From Promethearchaeati archaeon SRVP18_Atabeyarchaeia-1 (GTDB lineage Archaea; Asgardarchaeota; Atabeyarchaeia; Atabeyarchaeales; Atabeyarchaeaceae), in NCBI GenBank assembly GCA_037308085.1, contig CP147779.1, positions 1,344,001-1,408,000 of the forward strand: a stretch of DNA of 64,000 nt. The letters are read 5' to 3'. A program made the position numbers and the translations under genes. Positions 31,550 to 39,887 of the stretch are shown in pieces (within the stretch, counting starts at the first letter, position 1; each line of letters opens with the position of its first letter). Under the pieces are notes generated by a model, which searched no databases, was not told the DNA's origin, and saw only the letters and a list, made by a program, of their open reading frames with translations.

Positions 31550-31645
31550 CTAGGCCTTCTTCGGATGAGCCTTCTTCTTGTGCGTACCTAACTCCTTTTT
31601 CGACTTGAACTCCTCACCACATTCACACTTATACTTCTCGGGCAT
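31550..31645 (-). CDS. 31-aa single C2H2-type zinc-finger protein (not in ORF track)
   Basis: MPEKYKCECGEEFKSKKELGTHKKKAHPKKA*; SD GAGGTGA upstream; TATA box TTTATAAA 31685-31692. Confidence 0.85.
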   Translation of the reverse strand: MPEKYKCECGEEFKSKKELGTHKKKAHPKKA

Positions 31646-31684
31646 TCCTCTATCACCTCTGTTAGAGCCTAGGGGCAACTCCCC

Positions 31685-31692
31685 TTTATAAA
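31685..31692 (-). promoter_or_regulatory. Archaeal TATA box for the small C2H2 gene
   Basis: TTTATAAA about 40 nt upstream of ATG 31645. Confidence 0.6.
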
Positions 31693-32002
31693 TCTGAATA
31701 GTTCGCCTGGAGAACACTTCAGCAAATATACCTCTTCGCAGTGTCGGAACTTAAGACGTTAATCGGATGACAGATCGGTGAGTACGAACTATACGCGCAT
31801 CAACTACGGCATAGAGAACTTATGTATCCTCGGTATAGGCGCGAGAATCCTCCTGGCGATGCTCGGACAACGTGCTCGCGAAGATGAGTCGCGAACAACG
31901 GAATTCATCTATGGATGCGGGCTAAGAAGCAGAGAAACCACAATGCCGACCCCGGAAAAAAGTTGTGGGAGTAAATACGCGCGAGCCTATCTACTCTGCA
32001 TT

Positions 32003-32098
32003 CTACTTCTTGGTTGGATGCACTTTCTTAGTATGAGCATCCAGGTCCTTCTTGTTCTTTAGAGTCATGCCACAGGTCTGGCATTTGAACTCCTTGGG
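32003..32098 (-). pseudogene. Paralogous C2H2 zinc-finger gene with native start replaced by the tnpB element end (may be translated from ATG 32146)
   Basis: PKEFKCQTCGMTLKNKKDLDAHTKKVHPTKK*, canonical F-x-C-x2-C-x3-L-x5-L-x2-H-x4-H; begins exactly at the CCC ending the element. Confidence 0.8.
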
Positions 32099-32300
32099 TT
32101 TCGATCTACTTGGGCATAGGTAGGTATGCGTCAGCGTATCTGTCATACTCCATGTAGATCTGGGGCTTCACCGCTTCATGCAGGTGCCTCACGAGTTCAT
32201 CGGCCCCCTTCCGCTCCGCCCCCGTCTCGGCGTACCCACCCACAGCGACAAGAGAGGGTAAGACTCTTCGATCCCACCACGCCTTACTGTGGGGAACGCC
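32076..32300 (-). ncRNA. Predicted omegaRNA of tnpB copy 2 (guide about 32095-32076, AAGGAGTTCAAATGCCAGAC)
   Basis: Conserved with copy 1; terminal stem GATCTAC/GTAGATC then GAAACCC; 5' boundary approximate. Confidence 0.6.
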
Positions 32301-33419
32301 GACCATCCTCAGGTACAAGTTGACTGCGGCGTTAAGCTGCCTGTCTACTCGCAGACCACAGTTACCGCACTCGAAGACGGTGCTTCCTCTTCTTCTTGGG
32401 TCTTTGTTAGTCCACCCGCATCTGGAGCACATCCTCGAGGAGTACTGCGGGGGGAGCTCGACGCCACCTGCAAGCCTTTTTACTCCGCGCCAGTCGGTCC
32501 TCGCGATCCTCCTATTCCATAGGCGTGAGCCACCGTAAAGCCTCTCCTTGGCTAGCGCCTCAAACCCGTTGAGAGCTGCGACGCTCCGCACCACGCGCGC
32601 TATCTCCACCTGGTGCTTCTTCGCTCTGTTCCTCTCTCGCCTACGATACTTTCCAAGGACCCGTCTCACCTTCTTCGACTTGGAGGCTTTCCTCTGGACG
32701 TTGCGCCTCTTCTCGAACGATGAGATGTGTATGGATGCGAGGCTCCTCGTGTCTATCTTGACCCATCCAGTCTGAGGCGAGTACCCATCCATGCTCAGCA
32801 TGTTCGAGTCCCACGCCATCTTCCTCGCGACAGGTCGGGGTTCCTCGCCATCATCGCTGCTGTGGATCGGTAAGTACACTCTGGTTGGTGTTATTATTGG
32901 TTCTCCGATCCCGGTGGAGGACACCGAGTCTGGCAGCTTGAAGTATCGTCTGGAGAGGTCTATGTGCGCGGATCTGTGGGGCGAGAGGGTTATCCTCAGC
33001 GTGTCGCCTTCCAGTTTGAGGAGGGTCTGCTTGACCCGCGCGAAGGGCCTCTTCGCCTCTGGGCACCTCATCTTCCTTCTGCCCTTCAAGTAGTTCTTCC
33101 TCCACGAGCCCATTATGCCGTACGCGGTTTTGATTGCTGAGTCTACCCAGTGGGCGGCATAGCTCCACCTCTCCAGGTACTTGTCTCTGAGCTCTCTCCT
33201 TGAGGCTCCTCCGCTTCTCGCATGCGTCGGGATGAGTCTAACCTGCTTCTTGCCTTTGATTTTCTGGTGCTTCCACTTCATTGTGCGCCAGGTGTCCTGT
33301 AGGATCTGGTTGAGTTTCGCCCTGTAGTGCCAGAGCAGCTCTCTGAGCTGGTCTGCCTCGCTCTGCGTTCGGGTCTTAAGGTTCAGCGAATAGGTTTTGA
33401 GCGTCATCTGAATAGCCAC
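32106..33419 (-). CDS. tnpB: Solo TnpB (IS607-type), RuvC-III Asp replaced by Gln
   Basis: MAWDSN, GFEAL, SSRMCSRCG...FECGNCG, VDRQLNAAVNL; long stretches identical to copy 1; no tnpA upstream. Confidence 0.9.
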   Translation of the reverse strand: MAIQMTLKTYSLNLKTRTQSEADQLRELLWHYRAKLNQILQDTWRTMKWKHQKIKGKKQVRLIPTHARSGGASRRELRDKYLERWSYAAHWVDSAIKTAYGIMGSWRKNYLKGRRKMRCPEAKRPFARVKQTLLKLEGDTLRITLSPHRSAHIDLSRRYFKLPDSVSSTGIGEPIITPTRVYLPIHSSDDGEEPRPVARKMAWDSNMLSMDGYSPQTGWVKIDTRSLASIHISSFEKRRNVQRKASKSKKVRRVLGKYRRRERNRAKKHQVEIARVVRSVAALNGFEALAKERLYGGSRLWNRRIARTDWRGVKRLAGGVELPPQYSSRMCSRCGWTNKDPRRRGSTVFECGNCGLRVDRQLNAAVNLYLRMVGVPHSKAWWDRRVLPSLVAVGGYAETGAERKGADELVRHLHEAVKPQIYMEYDRYADAYLPMPK

Positions 33420-33641
33420 CGCTTCTAGCCTTCCTCACATCTGAGTCCACGGCTGCTACCGCGGCTTCAGGGACATATAACCAACTGCATCGCTTATAAG
33501 CGACCGTTTATCTGCATAAGCCGACCTAATGTAAGTCTATCTTTACATTGCAATGCAATAGTTATGCCTATCCTCTAAAAACACTATCAGACGTCAGAAG
33601 GTACTAAGAACTGCTTATTTTTCAGTAGGCGCCCTTATTTC

Positions 33642-34274
33642 CTATACCCTTCTCTTGTCAAGAAGCGCTTGTTTCAGAACACTCTTGATGTTTCTCAGCG
33701 CCCGATCTCCGATCGGATTACGCAAGTCTTCATCTAACCGATAAACGCATAGTGGGTTGTATGCAAGGTGCTCGGCTTCTGTCATCCACTTGTAATCAGC
33801 GCCCAATTCGCCTCTCAATCGAGAGACAATGAACTCCTGTAATTCTTGATCGTTTCTCCAAGCCCCTTCATCTTTCTCTAACTTAAGAAGTACTTCCGTC
33901 GCAATCTTAGTGCCTGTGGACTCGTATTCAAGAATCTTCTGTAACGACGCTCCACGGTAGTACTCTTCCCTGCTCCTTCTGTCTTGTTCTGTCAACAGTG
34001 CGTAGTCAATAGTGTCTCGCGTGATGTGATACTCATTGCAGATGATGTCCAAATATTGTGTTACCTGCAAAGGTATCTGCCCGATGGTCTCGTCTGAGAG
34101 ATGCAATTCCTCTTTGACAGGTTCTTTAACGATCGGTATATCGAGGCTGACATAGAGCTTCTGTGGATATTTGGATAGATGATAAGTCAGGACGCTTCTT
34201 TTGACAATACCCAAGGCTTCCCATTCTATTATTTTGTGTCGGAACCTAAGATGACACGTTATCTGAGTCTGCAT
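33642..34274 (-). CDS. Hypothetical protein in R-M island
   Basis: 210-aa ORF co-oriented downstream of the restriction enzyme; no motif recognised. Confidence 0.65.
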   Translation of the reverse strand: MQTQITCHLRFRHKIIEWEALGIVKRSVLTYHLSKYPQKLYVSLDIPIVKEPVKEELHLSDETIGQIPLQVTQYLDIICNEYHITRDTIDYALLTEQDRRSREEYYRGASLQKILEYESTGTKIATEVLLKLEKDEGAWRNDQELQEFIVSRLRGELGADYKWMTEAEHLAYNPLCVYRLDEDLRNPIGDRALRNIKSVLKQALLDKRRV

Positions 34275-34340
34275 ATCACAAGTAAGCTCAAAAAGGATGT
34301 AAATGACGTCTCACCTCTCGCTTCGCTGATCCACCTTGGA

Positions 34341-35024
34341 CTATCGCATTTCATTCAGAAGATTCTTCAAATCATCTATGAAATGCTCGAACAATTTGAC
34401 TTTCTTGCTTTCTTCAATACTTTCTTCCGTCAACACGTAGCTTCCATCTAAGTCTGTTTCCACAATAGCTCTTCCTTTCTTTACAGGTTGCCTCTTGGTC
34501 AACGTGCCGTCTTCATCTGGAGTGATGAAGTACACCTTTATGTCCCTCGTGTTTTCATCCTGTAGCAACTTCAGTTTCCAATAACCTGTCTGTGCGATCC
34601 TCTCCCTTAGAGTTACCTTGCTCGAAATAGCAGTTAAGACCTTGCTGGTTTTTGGGTCATAGATTACGATATCAACATCAGGCAAGTGCATACCAAATTC
34701 ACCGTAGTTAATAGCCAAGTTTCTTTTGACTCGGCTAAGCTCTCCCGATAGTGTGGTGCTGTCCAACTTGTTACCATTAACAACTCTTAGTCCAAGCGTT
34801 CTTACTTCTTCTTCAATAATATATTGTACAAGTCTCTCCATGTTTTTGCCCTTGAAAGCTCGCCAACTTTGCTCGTGATCACCAAGCTTAGTAGGATTTC
34901 TCAGCCAATCTCTGTGGTGGAGTTCCTTTGCCTCGATTAATAGCTCCGAAATATGTTTGTACGTATTGACCCCAAACTGCTCACGTTTCTTTAGGTAGAG
35001 ATTCTTCAGGTCATCAAAATCCAT
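34341..35024 (-). CDS. Type II restriction endonuclease, BsaWI-like family (PD-(D/E)xK)
   Basis: QSWRAFKGKN, LPDVDIVI...SSKVTLRERIAQTGYWK; 6 bp downstream of the MTase. Confidence 0.8.
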   Translation of the reverse strand: MDFDDLKNLYLKKREQFGVNTYKHISELLIEAKELHHRDWLRNPTKLGDHEQSWRAFKGKNMERLVQYIIEEEVRTLGLRVVNGNKLDSTTLSGELSRVKRNLAINYGEFGMHLPDVDIVIYDPKTSKVLTAISSKVTLRERIAQTGYWKLKLLQDENTRDIKVYFITPDEDGTLTKRQPVKKGRAIVETDLDGSYVLTEESIEESKKVKLFEHFIDDLKNLLNEMR

Positions 35025-35030
35025 TACTGA

Positions 35031-36368
35031 TCACTCCTTTAGCCCGATCACAATGTACTCGATTGGATAAGCTTCTGAATTAGCATCCTCATTACGTGCG
35101 AACCTGCCCGTCCTCTCGTCCCTCTTTTGAGGCAGTATCTTTGAAGGTATCTCTCGCTTGATGATCCTATCAATCTTGAACCCAGAATTCTGTAGACTCT
35201 CTGCAAATACTTCCGCATTCAATATATCAACGCCCTTCAATCTCGTATCGCCAATAACATAGCAACATCTTCCACCTGATTTGAGAACCCTATAGCTCTC
35301 ATCAAAGACCTCTTTCATATCAATGAAATATGCTTCCACTTCTTTTCCCATTTTTGAGTCTATCTCGTTTAGCTTCTCAACTATGCCAGCGGCAATTTGG
35401 CTTTCTACCCTTCTGTTGTTGGGCTCTCTACGTGAAGTCCCGATAAACTCCTTCTTGTATCCGTTCAAATCATTGGCCAGATCCAGCCAAATTGTGGACA
35501 ACTGGTGTAAGTCTGCATATTCATAGCTCGTAACATAAGGACTTGAACTCACAATCAGATCTACACTATCTTTGGGCACCGGCTGATGTCTGGCATCTTC
35601 GACCTTAATATTCAAGTATTGATCCAAGTGCTCACGAACTTTTGATGATACAACGTTGTAGAAGGCTTTGTTGCCTGCGACCATTTTTCCCAAGTGCTTC
35701 TTCAGCGCGTCATATGGTCTCGAAGGCTTCTTTGAGGGGTCTCTTGTAGGTTTGACGCTTCCCTGTAACCATATTGAACAATTCTTTAAGACGTGGCTAA
35801 ATGCAACCAACAAGAAGTCCCTAATTCTCTGTTCCTTCTGCTCACAGATTACCCTCAATGTTCTACCCAGTGCAACCTTGTTCTCCTTACTAAACCAGTA
35901 GTCGATTCTGTCCATATGTCTCTCTGGAATCAGTGGTTCGACACTCTTACCGAATAGAGTTGATTGATCACCGACCAGAGACTCTGCGATATTCAGGAAT
36001 TCTCTAACTGCACTGTCAAGGTGATTTGGTTCAATTGGTGTTGACTTCACCTTAGTCACTAAGCAAGCAATCCTATTTATGTCGGTGCCACTTACCCTTA
36101 ATCCTCTCGATATAGCCGTAACAATTGTTGTGCCGCAACCGAAAAAGGGGTCATTGACATGGGCTTCCTCACCAGATACATACTCATCAATCAGTTTCTC
36201 AACAAGCTGTGGAATGAACTTGGCGGGATATCGATGGTAAACATGTGTCCACTTGCCCGTGTCCGATGGTTTACACTCCGAGAAAGACCAATCCTGGTCT
36301 AATCCTTTTGTCTCAAACAGTGACAGGATCTTCCTTGGAGATCTGAGAATTCCTCGCATCGACTTCAC
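35031..36368 (-). CDS. N4-cytosine-type DNA methyltransferase of the type II R-M pair
   Basis: HRYPAKFIPQL, DPFFGCGTT, motif IV variant SSPY, VIGDT. Confidence 0.88.
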   Translation of the reverse strand: MKSMRGILRSPRKILSLFETKGLDQDWSFSECKPSDTGKWTHVYHRYPAKFIPQLVEKLIDEYVSGEEAHVNDPFFGCGTTIVTAISRGLRVSGTDINRIACLVTKVKSTPIEPNHLDSAVREFLNIAESLVGDQSTLFGKSVEPLIPERHMDRIDYWFSKENKVALGRTLRVICEQKEQRIRDFLLVAFSHVLKNCSIWLQGSVKPTRDPSKKPSRPYDALKKHLGKMVAGNKAFYNVVSSKVREHLDQYLNIKVEDARHQPVPKDSVDLIVSSSPYVTSYEYADLHQLSTIWLDLANDLNGYKKEFIGTSRREPNNRRVESQIAAGIVEKLNEIDSKMGKEVEAYFIDMKEVFDESYRVLKSGGRCCYVIGDTRLKGVDILNAEVFAESLQNSGFKIDRIIKREIPSKILPQKRDERTGRFARNEDANSEAYPIEYIVIGLKE

Positions 36369-36738
36369 TTTACAGTGTTCTGATATATTAATTGCCCTTT
36401 ACCATGAACGCTCCCACTTAATGGACACGACGGGTTTGCGAGATTTGTATCTCTTGTTTTTTCTGGTTCTGCCGAGGAGCCCGGCTGATGAATCGCCAAT
36501 GCCATTTGATACTGCTAGTGCTGGAGAAGTCCTCTAGTTTCTGCACGATATGAGATTCCTGTTGTCTTCCTTATACTATTGCTGGACGCGGGATCATGGT
36601 CTTAGAAGCAGGAGACTAGAACGGCTAGTCATCCGCGGGCTTCGAGGCGATGTATCAATTCTGCAGGGATCGGTATCTTTCCGGACTCTTATCGCCTCAT
36701 TGAATAGAAAGCGGAAGTTGGAAGAGAGGCTATCGCCA

Positions 36739-37011
36739 TCAGGAATCCGGGAGCTGGACTGTGGTGCTGTGGGTTACATCCTTAATCTGCCCCATTCTTG
36801 GAACCAGTCCAACTTTCTTTCTAATGACATCCCAATCTGGGTTGCCATGATTGAAGAATACTCTGAAATTGTCTTTTAGCCATTCATAGTAGTCATCTTC
36901 GACATATTGACAGAAAGCCTCTGTGATATCATCAATGGATATTTCTTCTGGTATTCGTATTCCATCGAGTTCTTCGTTCAGAAGTTCCTTGATGACTTCT
37001 CTGTCAAGCAT
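36739..37011 (-). CDS. Small acidic hypothetical protein upstream of the R-M genes
   Basis: GGAGGTG SD before ATG; FCQYVEDDYYEWLKDNF...PDW. Confidence 0.7.
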   Translation of the reverse strand: MLDREVIKELLNEELDGIRIPEEISIDDITEAFCQYVEDDYYEWLKDNFRVFFNHGNPDWDVIRKKVGLVPRMGQIKDVTHSTTVQLPDS

Positions 37012-37383
37012 ATTAACACCTCCAGTTACTCAGAGACCAAGTCTGGAACTGCGTTGCATGCACTCGCTTGGTTCTTTACAATCTTCAATAAAGTCGTATC
37101 CTGTTCATAGAAGCATTGAATATAAGGCTGAATCTACGGTTGACGAACCGATGGTGTGCGTGAAAAGGTGAAGACATGGATCCGAAGACAGCAGACTGAT
37201 GTGTCCATGGTTCTTCTGAGATCAGCTCCCTGCCATTCAGTACTGTCCATGGTATTTAAGGTCCAATCTTGCAGCCTCGTCTAGGCTTTCTGATTCCTGC
37301 TAGTTCAGCCGGCGGCAAGGCTATATTCTGAATGGGGCTAGCTGAAGAGGGGCTTGAGCGAACGCACCTGCATATAAACCGAC

Positions 37384-38283
37384 TTACGCCTCCATAACCT
37401 GTGACCGTTCTCTAAGGTGTTTCAACGCGGTCTCCGCCACTGTTCGTCTTTGAGGATCTATCTTCCATGCTTCGAGCATTACTCGTATTTCCGCGTGCCT
37501 TCGAGCTAGATAAAGCAACGCTGATGCGGTCGCTCGCCACACGTACCGCCTTTTGTCTGCAGCAAGAGTCTCAAGCACCTGCAAACCTTCTCGCCAATTC
37601 TTGTTTCCTCCATAAGATGCGAAAGCCATGGCCACGTTCCAGCGGGTTCCCTCATCCTTCCTAAGAGCCCATCTCCGCAAATGCTTCAAGGCAGATTCCG
37701 GATAGCAGCGAAGCAGGCCGTCGCCTATAGCGTAGGGTCCCAGGTTCTTTCTTACGTAGGGTGTCTTGTCTGGAAGAAGTGGCTCAAGCAAATTGATGAG
37801 TGATGTGACCCATTCTTCTTTTCTGGTATTTCCCGCGATTCGTGCAGCGATGGTAACGCATCTCCTAAGGTTCGCTGAAGTATTTGTGCTCATTTCTTCG
37901 AGAATCGGGAAAACATGTTCGAAATCCATCTTGAGGAGCTCCCCCCAGTTAGAATGAGCGTATTCGCGAACAATCCAATCTTCATCATCAGATAGCGCTA
38001 TTAGTAATTGCAGAGTTCTGTTCGCGTCTTTTCCCCATAGACCAAGAAGGATCATTGGGGCATATCTTCGAGTGAATGGGTTCTTGTGGCTGGAGAGTTT
38101 TTTCGCCCATAACCAGAGCTTGTTCTCGTCATTATCCAAGACTCGTAGCAGTAGCTGTGAAGCACACCATGAAGGCTTTCCCCATTTAAGAGGTGACACC
38201 AACTCATCGAACTTGCTCACGCTATTCTGAGAGACTGCATCCCGAAGATCCCGTTCGATCTCGGGTGAGAGACAGGTTTTCAT
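37384..38283 (-). CDS. HEAT-repeat protein (AlkC/AlkD-like DNA alkylation repair family)
   Basis: Repeated DEDWIVRE / DKTPYVRKN / DKRRYVWRA helical repeats. Confidence 0.75.
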   Translation of the reverse strand: MKTCLSPEIERDLRDAVSQNSVSKFDELVSPLKWGKPSWCASQLLLRVLDNDENKLWLWAKKLSSHKNPFTRRYAPMILLGLWGKDANRTLQLLIALSDDEDWIVREYAHSNWGELLKMDFEHVFPILEEMSTNTSANLRRCVTIAARIAGNTRKEEWVTSLINLLEPLLPDKTPYVRKNLGPYAIGDGLLRCYPESALKHLRRWALRKDEGTRWNVAMAFASYGGNKNWREGLQVLETLAADKRRYVWRATASALLYLARRHAEIRVMLEAWKIDPQRRTVAETALKHLRERSQVMEA

Positions 38284-38415
38284 AATAGTTCATCTGCAGA
38301 CAACTGCTTTGTAGCTGGAATAGAAAAGGTTTATGAATACTAGCGAAGATTACACACGCGGAACAAGCGCAGAAGAACCACCGAGGACCCAGCTCAACAA
38401 GTTCCGTCGCTCGCA

Positions 38416-39663
38416 ATGGATGAGGGTGATGCAATGAGCCTAAGGAGAATCATGAAGACGTTAGGCGTCATGGGACCAGCAGTCCTTGTCTCGGTGGAGC
38501 TGTTTGATCCTGCCAGCATAGTCACGGCCACTGCAGCTGGGGCGGCATACGGTTTTCAGGTCTTGTGGGCTGCGTTCTATTCTGGTATCCTATTGATAAT
38601 AATCCAGGAGATCAGTGCAAGGGTGGGAGTTGTAACAGGGAAGACTCTTGCGGAAAACATATATCAGAAATATGGAAAGCGATACTCCTTTTCGATTTTT
38701 GTGCCCTCGGTTTTCTTAGAGTTCGCAACTCTGACTGCAGAAGTCATGGGGCTCAGCTTGGCGCTGTCCTTCGTCTTCGGGACACCGTACTCTTTTGGCG
38801 TGCTTGTTTCAATCACGCTAGTGGCTATCCTGACCTATTTCGGTTCGTACAGCGTACTGGAGAAGGTCATAGTATTCTTTGTTACCGTGATCTTCCTAGC
38901 TTACTTGTTTTTCGTCTTTGACTTGAACATTCCCTTGGGGGCTGTCGTCTTCAATTCATTGATCCCTCCGATCAACGCGAACTCTCTATATTTTGCGGAA
39001 GCCATAATGGGAGCCTCGATCATGCCTACCTACGTCATATTGCATAGCGGACTCGTCTATGAGAAAGGATGGATTCACCATCACGAAAAAGGTATTGAGG
39101 ACCTGGTTGCCGAACGTAAAGGTGTGTCTAATGAGAAGATAGATTCTATTGTGAGTCTCCTCATGGGCACGATCCTGAACATTGTCATAATTGCAAGCGC
39201 GGCAGTTCTCATTAGCGGCAAAAATGTGTCAAGTTTCTTGGACATTGCCTATCCATTCTATGACAGACTTGGTAGCTTAGGATTAGCAATCTTCGCCTTG
39301 GCCTTCGGTCTCGCAGGTGTCGCAGCCATTGTAACCGTGGGGTTGGGAAGCGTCTACAGTACTTTCGGTTATCTAGGCTACGAAGAGAAGCTTAAGAAGA
39401 AGAGATTCAAAGGGGTATTCATTCTTTGGCTCCTGATAGCTGGTGCCGGCTCGTTTCTTCCAAACCAGATCCAAGTCATGGTCTTTACGCAGTATCTGAA
39501 CGGAGTCTTGCTACCTTTTATCGTCTTGCCGTTACTCGTCATTGGCAGGAATAAGACGACAATGGGAAAATACAGGTTGGGAAAAGTGACAACAGCAGCA
39601 GCATTGGTGACCATATTCATCACCTCGCTGCTTTTTGTTGCGAGTTTAGCTTCCTTGGTCTAG
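38416..39663 (+). CDS. NRAMP-family divalent cation transporter
   Basis: GPAVL...DPAS, QEISARVGVVTGK, GASIMP. Confidence 0.88.
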   Translation: MDEGDAMSLRRIMKTLGVMGPAVLVSVELFDPASIVTATAAGAAYGFQVLWAAFYSGILLIIIQEISARVGVVTGKTLAENIYQKYGKRYSFSIFVPSVFLEFATLTAEVMGLSLALSFVFGTPYSFGVLVSITLVAILTYFGSYSVLEKVIVFFVTVIFLAYLFFVFDLNIPLGAVVFNSLIPPINANSLYFAEAIMGASIMPTYVILHSGLVYEKGWIHHHEKGIEDLVAERKGVSNEKIDSIVSLLMGTILNIVIIASAAVLISGKNVSSFLDIAYPFYDRLGSLGLAIFALAFGLAGVAAIVTVGLGSVYSTFGYLGYEEKLKKKRFKGVFILWLLIAGAGSFLPNQIQVMVFTQYLNGVLLPFIVLPLLVIGRNKTTMGKYRLGKVTTAAALVTIFITSLLFVASLASLV

Positions 39664-39887
39664 GGGAGCCTGATTGATCCTTCCAATACGAGTTTTGGCA
39701 AGTCTCTCGAACCCCACGCAATCGACACAGTAGGTTCCAGCCTTCTAGTTCAATAATGCGTAAGTCCATTTCATCGCCGCCCCCATTGGGCGCTCGACAT
39801 GAAATAAAGAGCAACTGACACAACCAGAAAGGCCACATCAAAAATGGAGGTTTGACAGAACTACTGTTCTGTCCAAGACTCTAGAAG

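Noticed and set aside
31605-31614. 10-nt match (AGGAGTTCAA) of the copy 2 guide inside the neighbouring C2H2 gene
   Set aside because: Explained by shared E-F-K codons, and the first guide base mismatches. Not accepted as a target without TAM data.
34341-35024. Assigning WCCGGW specificity to the REase
   Set aside because: Family resemblance does not fix specificity. WCCGGW sites are present (e.g. ACCGGT near 5492) and depletion was not computed.
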